Positions 53,291-64,000 of a stretch of 64,000 bases of DNA are shown piece after piece; positions within the stretch are counted from its first letter, which is position 1; each line of letters opens with the position of its first letter. Source of the stretch: Selaginella moellendorffii (taxonomy: Eukaryota; Plantae; Lycopodiophyta); contig NW_003314268.1 in NCBI RefSeq assembly GCF_000143415.4, positions 2,124,494 to 2,188,493 of the forward strand, written 5' to 3'. The position numbers were made by a program, and so were the translations under genes. The notes beneath the pieces were generated by a model that had not been told where the DNA came from, searched no databases, and saw only the letters and a program-made list of their open reading frames with translations.

Positions 53291-53537
53291 GCGAACTGTG
53301 GTTGGGTCACGTCTACCGTGCGGCACACCGTGGCGTGCCACCGCGGCAGCCGCGGCGGCACAGCGTGCGGCATTTATAGCTAGATCTGTCCCAGCGAATG
53401 GTAGCACGGCCGTGGCAGTGTTCTAGGTGTGTGTCGTTGTCACGCGGGAAATTTTTTTTCACAGGCGAATCATCCATTCAGCCAAGAACACAAGCGAGAG
53501 GAAGAAGAAGAGGGAATTTTACAGGATTCTCAAGTAC

Positions 53538-53738
53538 CTCGAGGATTTCGACTTCGAATGGCGACTTGCCAGTGTCTTGTGCGACGGCGCTGTAGATCTG
53601 CGCGTCGCACTCGTCGATCATCCGGGCGATCGCATGGAGCTGCTGGGATCGCCAGGCAGAGCTCCTCGTCCGCCCCGATCGAAAGCCCTCGCGGAGGCGC
53701 GGATTGATGTCCAATGTGGTATTCTCCTCGTCCTCCAT
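53538..53738 (-). CDS. ALDH3: Second, distal copy of ALDH3 exon 1 (putative alternative first exon)
   Basis: 'MEDEENTT..LREGFRSGRTRSSAWRSQQLHAI...VAQDTGKSPFEVEILE', 67 intact codons ending GAG|GTAC in the same position and phase as the proximal exon. Confidence 0.8.
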
Positions 53739-53957
53739 AGCTGCCAAGAAGAACACGCTAGACACGAAGAACCTCCTCCTTTATCCTTTCTTCCACCGCG
53801 CGCTCATCCCGCGCACTCACACAATACGCCAAATCCTTTCATTTAAATTGCCGCGAGTTCACTGAATTGTTTGTTGAGCGCTCAGAGAATCTACCAGAAT
53901 TTTCAAATCTCTCTGTTTTGCCCTAACTTATGATCTTGCCCTAAAAGGTTTTGCCCA

Positions 53958-56524
53958 ATGGCATTGTTGGCGCTTTCCTCTTCTTGCGTCTTGGCGCGCG
54001 CTTCCTTGCGAGCGCCTAGGGCAAGAGCGATCGATGTAGAGTCTGTTCTTGCGATCGATGTGGGAACGGGAGGGACCAAGGCGTGCATTGTCTCGTCGGA
54101 TGGGGATATTCTCGCCTCCGGCTTCGCGGCGCATCCAGCTCCCGCTCAATCGGCTATGTGAGTGATAATCTGCGATATTTCGGCTGTAGAAGTGATCGAT
54201 CGGGGTCAGGGGAGGTTCTTGCAGCATGGAACAAGATCCGGAGCTCTGGTGGCTCGCCACGATTCAGGCCGTCCAGTCCTGCGTGAAAAAATCTCGGGAT
54301 GACGGTGCCGATTCTAGCTGCGTTCGCGGAATCTCTGTCACCGGGCAAATGCAGGACATTGTGATCCTTCCAAAGGTAACAGTATGGATCGAAGTTCTCT
54401 ATAAATTTCTTCTCTAAGTTCTTCGCTCAGGCTGGTTGTGCTAATAAGCAAAGAGCGATACTTTACTCCGACACTAGGGCCGCTAAAGAAGTGATCGAGG
54501 TTTGTGGTTTTTACATGCTTTTGTCTTTTACATCTATTGATTTGATTTCGTGACTTTGTTTTAGATTGCCGAGCTAGTTGGTGGACCATCTCTTTTGGCT
54601 GCAATGACTGGAAATTTTCAAGGTGCGTCCAGGTGAGCCGCGAGGCCTTTTCGATCTTTCGATTTTTCTTTCTTGGCGCCGACAAGCAATGAATTGCCGC
54701 AGTGTTCTGGCAAAGCTTCGTTGGATTGATAAGCACATGGAAGGCAGCGCTTCTTTTTGCGATCATCTTCTACTGGGAGGGTGAGTGATCTACACTTCTC
54801 ATTGATTTTCTTTTCCTCAACGCCTATCAGGCACGACTTTGTTACCTGGAAGCTGTGTGGTTCTCTTGTCACTGACGTAACTACGGCTTCAACAACAGGA
54901 CTAATCGACCCTTCACTGCAGGTATATTTCTCGTGTTTATTGCTGTTTGCTCACGTGTTTTTATCTTGCAGTATGCTGACAAACTGATTGAAAGGGCAGG
55001 CCTTCACCACTGGATAGAAAAGTTTCCAAAAATCTTCCCTCCGGACGTTCCATGTGGTGTGTATATTTCTTTCCAGCTGTCTTTAGTTCATAGTTCCAGA
55101 TCAACCAGGGAAGGTGACGACGAAAGCATCAGACGAACTTGGTTTTCCAGAACTACGAGCTCTTCCGGTGCTACACTCTTGTGGAGACGCTGGAGCGTGC
55201 ACACTGGGGTATATCGTTGCGTACCTGTTTAACGAGAATTGATGTGTGGTGATACTTCGACAGAGCTGGAGCATCAAGTCCAGGTTCGTCTTATGTGTAC
55301 CTTGGGACGTCGGGGTATGTTCTTCTGTTCTCCTTGTTTCTTCACTTCGACAAGTGCAATACGTACTAGGTGGGTCGCAGGATCTTTTCCAGTTGAAGAA
55401 AATGATGGAGTAAGCTGTCTTCAACCAGAATCGCATGCTAACAGGCTCCAGTTTTGTTAGAAATTCGTCCCGGGGGTGTTTACTTTGGGCCATCCCGATT
55501 CTTCACTGGTGTTCAAAACAGGTAAGGTTACATTCAGTCAAACTCGAGAACTTTCACACTCCTTATCAGGATCCATCATGACTGCTGGGGGAAATCTAGC
55601 TTGGGCAGCAGAAAAATTAACGGAAGGCAACTCATACGACGAAATCAACAAGCTAGTTGCAACAGCGTCGGTGGGATGCGGTGGATTACTGTACCTTCCT
55701 TTCCTAAATGGTTTTGTTTTCTCTATCTCTGGTTTTGCTCAAGCTGACACACGTGTCTTACATCATGTAGGAGAGCGGTGTCCTATGGACAGTCCGACTT
55801 ACAGAGCCGCATTTCTTGGAATCTCGGAAACTACTAGTCGTGCCGATATGCTTCGTGCAGTATGGGATGTGTTTGTAATAATCTAACTCGTGTGCTGGTT
55901 GTTTGCCTTTATTCGCGCAGGTGATGGAAGGGGTCGCGTTCGCTCTTCTTTCTGCTAAGAAAGCTATGACCGACAAAGCATCAAATGGTATTTAAAAGTC
56001 TTGAAACCTTTATCTCATTTATGCTTTACAGAATCAGCAGCACCATTACGTCTAGTTGGTGGGGGCGCCAGGTTCGATTTTTGGCTGTTTTATAGCAAAG
56101 AAGTAACGTATGAATGGTCGGTCAGGTCTGCTACGTGGCCAGGAATCATCGCTGGAGTTTTCGGTCAGACTGTAGAAGTTCTCAGCGATCCACAGGTTCT
56201 ACTGCAAGAAATAAAATTTCTTACACAAAATTTCTATGTCGTTTTGTTTCCTGTGTAGGATGTTGGTGTTAAAGGGGCAGCTACTTTGGCTGGGAAATAT
56301 TTTGGTTGGCATTCCTGCCTTTCCCCTCCTGGTATGTTGTAGTTTTTGTTTTCAACAACTTTCAGAACTCTATTGTGAATGTAGGAAATTGGCTGAAATA
56401 TGAGGATTTATATGAACCTTCACGGTCTGATGTTGAAGCATATCAAGAACTGTATCTAACATATTGTAAAACATGTAATTGTTTGGAGGGTGTTTTTAAC
56501 AGATTATCCCACTTTAGGGATTGA
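53958..56524 (+). CDS. FGGY carbohydrate kinase, XylB/xylulokinase-like, many short introns, probable transit peptide
   Basis: 'LAIDVGTGGTKA', 'EQDPELWW', 'GISVTGQMQD', 'TDVTTASTTGL', 'GDAGA', 'YLGTSG', 'LYLPFLNGER', 'RAVMEGVAF', 'VGGGARS'. Confidence 0.88.
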
Positions 56525-57157
56525 CTCTCAAAGTATTTTGGTATATGCTACAATAAAGTTTTTTTAGTAAGTTTTTTTAGGGCAAATTTAGTGGATAATA
56601 TTCAGAATATACATATCTAACAGATTTAGATTAATTTTATGTTTATAAATCTATAATAACTTACCAAACTTTTTAGGCCATCAAATCTAGCTAGTGACAA
56701 GCGTTAGACAGAGGGGTAACTGTCAAAAAGTTATTTCTTTAACCATGAAATATTATGATAAAGTTTTTTCTTGGTCAATAATTGTCTAGTACAACTTGTA
56801 TACCCATTAGGCATTGTGAGAGATGAAAGAAATTTAACACATGTGGCATGCATGTTTGGGCAAGAATCAAAATGGCATAATTTCATTCCCACCACTCCCT
56901 TAATTGTGGATAAGATAATATATGGATCAAGAACACTTTACCAAACTAAGCAACTTATGCTAAGCAATGTTTAGTTATAAATATGTTTATAATCTATAAA
57001 CTTTCTTAAACACCTTGCGATTTAATGATATATCTAATTAGATTAATTTTCCAGATTGAAACCAATATGAAAGCTATCAAAATCCCACTATACTAATAAT
57101 AATATACAACATCACAGTTATACATTTGTATCTCATCAAAATTCCACTATGCAATAA

Positions 57158-57159
<2 letters not shown>

Positions 57160-57247
<88 letters not shown>

Positions 57248-57300
57248 ATATATATATATATATGTGTGTATATATATATATATATGTGTATATATATATA

Positions 57301-57378
<78 letters not shown>
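57160..57378. repeat. (TA)n/(TG)n microsatellite running into an assembly gap
   Basis: Directly visible. Confidence 0.98.
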
Positions 57379-57478
57379 NNNNNNNNNNNNNNNNNNNNNN
57401 NNNNNNNNNNNNNNNNNNNNNNNNNNNNNNNNNNNNNNNNNNNNNNNNNNNNNNNNNNNNNNNNNNNNNNNNNNNNNN
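57379..57478. other. Assembly gap (100 N, probably a placeholder length)
   Basis: Run of exactly 100 N. Confidence 0.99.
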
Positions 57479-58159
57479 TCCGCCAGATTCCCAATTTTGT
57501 CCTTGAAAAGTGCTTGTATTTATTTATTTTATTATTTAGTTTTTGTATTGTCTAGATCTCTCTTATTCCTATAACTTTACCATTTCTTCTCTCTTTTTTT
57601 TTTCTCTTTTTTTTTTCATTCATTTTCATGGTAGAGCAGTATACCCCTCCTTTGAAGCAATCTCTTCCACCTTTTAAATCTAGAGTAGCAATTAGTGCAA
57701 TTGCTCAATACTATGGAGTTAGTTGATAATGGCATTTATAGCATGTGGTGTAGTTACTTTTACTCTTGCTACCAATTGAATTTTTTTTGTAGGAATGTTG
57801 GGGATAATGAATATCATTAATTTAATCATTATATAATGATTGCCACCCATAATTTTTAGGATGATGCCTAGTATCTATATCAATTTCCCAAGGGATTGCA
57901 TTGCAATAGTACAGTAGTTTAAACAAAAATCACTTATATGGATTAGAGCCTTCTTCTAGATATCTTCAAATATGCATTTGAAAATGCTAATGACTATAAT
58001 GATGTCTTTTAGTAATTGCATCATTTTTGTCAAGTGCCATTTGGGTCAGCTATGCAATTTGGTGTTCGCTTCTAGATCATTTTTGCTTTATGCTAAGCTA
58101 AATATATCAAAGTGTAAATAACCAAAAAGAACAATTCAAAAGACAATTTATAAAATTCA

Positions 58160-58950
58160 AATATAGAGAGAAAGGGCCCATAATAAGAGTGCACCTTATT
58201 TTTTAATTGATTAAGGGATTTAGGATATTTGGGATTAAACATTATTGGGTTTGAATAGTATTAGGAGTTTACATTTGGTATTAAAAGAGGTTTTGGGTCT
58301 AACATTATTGGTTGGCTAGGGGAATCACACTATATATGGAAATTGATATTTAGTAGGTTTAATTTGGCTTTAGCTCTTGAACAGAGGGATAGAGTATCAA
58401 GAATGACTTGAAAGATAATCTGTAAAAGTTTAAATATAAAAGGAAAGGGTATATAAACAAAAGTGCACTTGCTTTTTTAATTGGTTAAAAGTCTTAGGAT
58501 ATTTGGGGTTAAGTGTGAATAACATTATGTTAGGTGACCTCTCGAGAAACATAAATTTATGAGTTTATATAGAGTAGATCAAGTTAAATATGTGGCTAGC
58601 ACTTTATCAAAATCTTGTAGGACTTAAGCATGAATAGAGTCTTGGGATATTTAGGGGTTGGGTAATCTCTCGGGAAGTCCAAATTTATAAGTTTATATAG
58701 AGTAGATCAAGTTAGATTAGGTTGGGTAATCTTTTGGGAAGTCTAAATTTATAAGCACTTTGTCAAAATCTTGACAGATTTATGCATGAATAAAAGTCTT
58801 AGGATATTTAGAGTTAAGCATCATTAGGTTTGAATAACATTATAATCTCTCAGAAAGTTTAAATTTATGAGTTTACATAGAATAAATTAAGTTAGGTATG
58901 TTATGGCTAGCACTTTGTCAAGATCTTATAAGACTTGTGCATAAATTTAC
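58160..58950. repeat. AT-rich degenerate tandem repeat mosaic
   Basis: Recurrent blocks: 'tctctc.gaaa...aaatttat.agttta.atagagtagatcaagtta', 'gcactttgtcaa.atcttg', 'agtctt.ggatattt.g', 'agtgcac.t..ttttttaattg.ttaa'. Confidence 0.75.
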
Positions 58951-59699
58951 CCCAACCACTTTTGACAACCCAGCCACCCTTGACAACACTCTTTGATTGC
59001 CACAACACTATGAAACATCACCATTTATAGTGCATATACTTCAACTTCACTTTTTGTGAGAGATAATCCTGTTCTGATGAAAGTTGACACTACTATTGTC
59101 TATATCCAAGGATAAATGTGAGGACATAGTTGTGGTCATCATGTTTATTGTTGGGCATGTACTAAGTTAACTATATATATCAGTGTTGTTGGTGTTTACT
59201 AGATTGGTGTTTTATATTTTCTAAGTTGAAGCTTTGACATAAACAATGACTTATTGGTGCTATTACGATGGAAGGTTTTGATATAAAGAATTTTCCAAGA
59301 AATGAGGAGTCATATGAGTAGTGGAAGGATCTTGTGCAAATAAGTTAATGACCCCTCCATTTTTTTTTTGGAAATATAATTAATAACTTGGCATCATTTC
59401 TTTAAGCTTATTTTCATAACAAAAGGTCCTCTATTATCTTTTCTATGTTGGTTGATAAAGGTTCAGGTTTATCTTCTATTGCTTGATTTGTTATCATATA
59501 TTGCCATCTATATTTGTGTTATGTGCCAAAACTAGTTACAACAACAGCTATACACATATGTGTGTGTGGGATAACGCAAATTTAGTTGTGTATGTGGGTG
59601 ATCTTGAGTTTGAGTTTCAATCATTATGTGTGGTGGTGAGTCAAACTTTTAATATTATTTTTGATATGAATTGATTGCAATGCAATCATGTTAAATATG

Positions 59700-60430
59700 A
59701 CTTTAAATAGTCAAAGTTCTTTGAGATATACCAAAGATGACTACTAACTTCATTAATAATGTTTTAATCCATTTAGAGGGGATATAGGAGAAGCACATCT
59801 ATGATATTTAAAAGGTATTCCATTGGTTATAGAAAGTTGATTTGAAAATGAAGTGGTCAAAGTGTGTGTTTAGATCCAAAGACATAATTTATCTTGGGTA
59901 CCTTATTTGTCTTGAAAATTTGCAAGTTGATTCTAAGAATTTTATGGCTTTTCTAATATTTCCTATCCTAAAATATGTGAATAATGTGAAACACTTCTTC
60001 AGCATGATCATCTTTTTTATTGTATTATACCCATGTAAGCATTACTAAAGTTGTCAATATTATTTTTCATCTTGTCTAAAGACTACAAGTCGTTATTTAT
60101 GGATCTTTGATAACTCTTCCAATTTTAGCATATTCTAACTATTTTTTATTCTTTATTTTACCTATAGATGTTTTTGATATTGGTTTTGAAGATATATTAA
60201 TGCAAGAGAGCACAAGTGTGACTAATCAGTATTATCCTATTATATATATCACCCAAATATTATAACTAATAGAGGTGAATTACTTGACAAAGAAAGAGTT
60301 TCTAATAGTAGGTTTTGAGAAGTTTCATGCATACTTGCATGATTTTTAGATATTGTTGGAGGGTGATCATGCTACAATTACTTCATTATTGAAGATTAAA
60401 AATTTGGCTAATTGTATTTGTAAGCGATTA
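59700..60430 (+). mobile_element. Heavily decayed Ty3/gypsy RT-thumb/RNase H fragment
   Basis: 'LKMKWSKCVFRSKDIIYLGY', 'EVNYLTKKEFL..GFEKFHAYL...LLEGDHA..TSLL'; many stops. Confidence 0.8.
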
Positions 60431-63400
60431 AATTTTTCATTCTACTTTAGTCACTTAATCACACCTCCAACCCTTTGGCAGAATCTCACTCACAACCTTC
60501 ACAAGTCTTATTTCGAACTTAAGGACTTACTAACCTCGTGAATGGCATTTATACCACTCAGCCTTTGCAAATGCTCCACGTGTTTGATCCCATGACCGAC
60601 ACCCAAAGGTACCACCAATATATCAGCCCATTATGCTAAAGCCATGCTCATTCACCCTTGTCACATCAATAAACTAACACCACTTACATCATAGTCTTGT
60701 CTCTCAAAGACTAAGCCATCCGTCCATGAGTGGTTATCCTTTGACCACATTTTAGAACCTTTAAGATGCCCAAAGACATGAGGAACACCCTTCCCTAATG
60801 TCCCTTCTTCCATCCCCACTAAGTCCCTCTTCATCCACGGTTGTGCTCGCCAACATCACCACTGGGCCAAGGCCCAAAGGCCTAACCACTAAGTCCTATT
60901 ATCCTTTGGGACTTCCTCACCATGTGACCGTGCTCTTGGTCATTACACTAGAGGATTATTCTTCTTCCTTTCCACGGTCTAGGACTTTGGGACGACATTT
61001 TAAAACACTGTGGCCCTATGCACGCTTCGTGGGTACTCTCCCCACCTTCCGCCTTTAGGTGCCCTAGTCATATGGCTAGAGCAAGGTTCTGTTGAGCTAC
61101 GCTAGATATCCAAGTAGGTAATGCCACCCATACTTGGAATGGGAACATCTACCATTCGATCTCTTGGGGGAGTTAAAGTTGGCTTTTGAATACTTCACTA
61201 AGCTACCCTATCTGTTTATTTGTATTCATTCTAGCATTGGATTCCTCAGTGGATATATCATCACCCAACACGTGGGTATAGCCTTTCTTGGTCACACTAG
61301 CCTTTCTTGGCCAAAGTGGCTCCATTGGAGTCCTCCCCCTACTATACTTTTAGAGCTCACCAAACCTCCTAGGGTCTAGGAGACGAATGCTTTAGGCTTT
61401 CACCCTCGAACTCATACTCGGACTCGGACTTGAACTTGGTTTTGGTCTCGGTCTCCGATTTGGTCTCGGATTCGGACTTGGTCTTAGTCTCTGTCTCAGT
61501 CTCAATCTCGGTCTCGGTCTCAACTCCGGACTTTATCTTGGACTCTATCTTAGATCTATCTTAGACTCTAAACCAAGCTAGCCCTTTCGGCCAAGGATCC
61601 ATAGCAACTAAGACTGGGTGTCCCCATCTCATTCACCACGTCCTTGGTGCCCTTTGCACCAAAGTGCAAGTTAGATATGTTAAGCTTTCACCCTAAGCAA
61701 TCTAACCATGCATCATGACTCCGGAGCATCCCCCACTTGGCAGTGTGCCCAAGCCAATCCTCTCACTAAGAGTCCATGACCACCGAAATATGAGTGTCCT
61801 CATATTCCAAACCATCACCACGCCCTAGTGATTTGGGACTCGAACCCAAGCACTAGAGGGTTGGGACTCGAACCCAACTTCCATATATGCATCTACAGAT
61901 GGCATCACCCTAGATGCCTAGCATGACTCCCCACTCCAGTGCACCAATTTATATCCAAAGCACACTACGGATCATAGCTTAGGAACCTAGTCCCTCCCAA
62001 TTGCCAAGTCCTCTCACTCGACAAGTTTATGATCATACATGGACTCCTCCATGCTTGGCTCCATAGGCCACCCCTTTTGAAGTTAGCACCTTCAACTAGG
62101 GGATTTATTCCCCTGACTTGCCACTCTCGTTTAGTAAATCTTCCGACCAATGTAACATGGTTTCATGCATAAGCGTGAAAGTCCTTTGACCAATGACTTT
62201 TGTTCAAGTCATCCCTTTAAACACTCGGGAACTACTTCTCCAACCTTGATAGCATTGCCTTATGGCAAGCTTCAAGACCACACTTCTGCTATGCCACTCT
62301 GATTTCGCACGTTTTATGAACCATTTACACTTGGCTTTCTAGGTACTATGCTACCTAGAATTGTCTTTGGGAACCTTGAAGGAACTCTGTCCCTTAACTT
62401 GTTAAGGCCTCTCCTTTCACAAGCTTTCTAATGGTCATACAGTCTAGCATGGATAATTCCATGCTTTAGACTCTTCATGGCAATACAGTTGCTAGTAAGA
62501 ACATGCTCAAGCGCCCACTTGATTCTTCACTCCCAACTGACATAATCACCCTTGGTTATGCTCTTCCATTCTTATGGTTTGGTTCTATCCCCTTACTACT
62601 TGCTTTTGGCCTCATATATTTCCTTTGGTTATTCACCTTTAAACTAGGAGGATAGCTTTGCACTTTCTACCATGCCTTAGCAAGTATTCTTGGGGATGAA
62701 CCTACCTAATAGCCTAGGGAGTGGTTCCTCAATCTGGGTATGCTCACCTTATAATCCCACACACTAGGATTAACGTTGTTACATATGGGCCTTTATATGC
62801 CCATCACTAGCCTTGCTAAAATTCCATTTTTGGCTTTGTCCAATTTAGAGTAGACGAACTTCTCCAGTCTTTGCAACTTTTTGTCCATCATTCGCTAGGA
62901 ACTTAGTCCCTTGGGCCTTATTTATTGCCTTCACGACATCAAACACCACCTCCTGGTGTTCTAGAGTGTTTGGGTGTCCCAATAATAACCTCCTTGATAA
63001 TGAGTATTCCCTTTTACAACATTAATTTATTATATTGGCACATAAGCAATTTATTGCCCCATAAGGGTATATTTAACTTCCTTATGCCATTAAGAAGCCT
63101 TGGGTAGTTACCTGCTACCAGTTTAACCAATTATTTTGCACCTTTTGCTTAGTTGCTTCATAGTTGTCAAGTCCTACAACTCATTGCTAATGCGTCCACA
63201 CCTCCATCATTATCTGGGTCACCACAGTCCAATTGCATGCCTTCCAACTTAGGCTATGCCATTCCCATTTCTATTAGGATTCCTTTGGGAAGGGGTTTTC
63301 GTGAACCTGCCAACTCACCTTAAAGCATCACACCTTGGCACATTTGGTGTCTCCACAACATCAGCTCCACAAGCCTACCTTTATGACACTTCTTACTTGT

Positions 63401-64000
63401 GTTTAGATCCTTGTCAAGACCAATACAGTTCTTTCTCATGCCAACGATCCATTAGCACTGCACCATAGAGTTTACTCACAACTTTGTGTCAAAGTTGTTT
63501 TCTTCTGGGAATACCTTCCCCCAAACTTTAGTATGGCACATTCCACCATTGATGAGATACTCACTATTCTCATACTTAGATCCTATGATCCTCCCCAACT
63601 TTCATGGGGCACAACACCCCTCAGTCCAAATGCTTTTAGCAATCCCTTAGGACCATTCTTTGACTCTACTTGAGTCATCTAGCATTTTTGGACTTTCAAA
63701 TCCAATGACCCATAAGTTCCTATTCGAGGTGTTAGCTCACTAGAATACAACTTCTTGTATTCATGTCCTACTCACAAGGACCATCTTTGCAAGTGTCACT
63801 CCAACACTTAATGTTGTTCCTTAGGGGCAGCCTTTGCCCCCTTTGGACTACTTGTTCATGTGCTGCGAATACCAACTCATCCTGTAAGTACACCCCCAAC
63901 TCTTTGGGTTGTTCCAGCATTTATCAAGAGTAGCCTCGACTACCATTTCAAAGACTTGTGTCCTCTTCTGTATTTGACCTTCCATGGTCATTAATTCTTG
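60430..64000. mobile_element. Probable old retroelement-derived sequence, not classifiable
   Basis: No long ORFs, CpG-poor, pyrimidine-skewed, adjacent to a gypsy remnant. No diagnostic motif recognised. Confidence 0.35.
61405..61570. repeat. Degenerate hexamer array (CTCGGA/CTCGGT-type)
   Basis: ctcgaactcatactcggactcggacttgaacttggt...tctcggtctcggtctc. Confidence 0.8.

Noticed and set aside
57126-57574. IY-repeat ORFs
   Set aside because: Translations of the (TA)n microsatellite and the N gap.
58160-58950. Repeat mosaic considered as CRISPR-like
   Set aside because: Eukaryotic context, irregular degenerate units, no unique spacers of constant length.
61833-61878. Two copies of TTGGGACTCGAACCCAA (reverse tRNA B-box-like)
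   Set aside because: Short tandem duplication with no surrounding tRNA or SINE structure that I can support.

Overview
Gene-dense plant nuclear DNA with roughly 50-70 bp introns and very short intergenic spaces. The gene set and style suggest a lycophyte such as Selaginella (inference, not verified). Recognisable protein genes: two PADRE/DUF4228 paralogues, proteasome ATPase RPT2, a PLS-E class PPR gene split by a retroelement, ELIP, acylamino-acid-releasing enzyme, NRAMP, HCAR, plastid cysteine desulfurase NFS2/SufS, a Sec14/CRAL-TRIO protein, TOM7, TTL, a WVD2-like TPX2 protein, neprosin, ALDH3 and a bacterial XylB-like FGGY kinase. Also present: an intact U1 snRNA gene plus a 5'-truncated copy, a Crinkler/RHS-type NTPase pseudogene, several Ty3/gypsy remnants, a (TA)n tract and a 100-N assembly gap. 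The most unusual feature is the very young 1.3-kb non-autonomous LTR element inside the PPR gene. Its repeats are split or permuted (A-internal-B-TA-A-B), as expected if a two-LTR circle integrated through an internal palindromic CA-TA-TG junction. Other notable items are duplicated alternative first exons of ALDH3, a 493-bp template-switch inverted duplication, reciprocal WDL/U1 loss between duplicated blocks, a four-site P1BS cluster before TOM7, and a 73-bp NFS2-HCAR spacer. Coordinates and splice sites were read by eye, and no searches were run.
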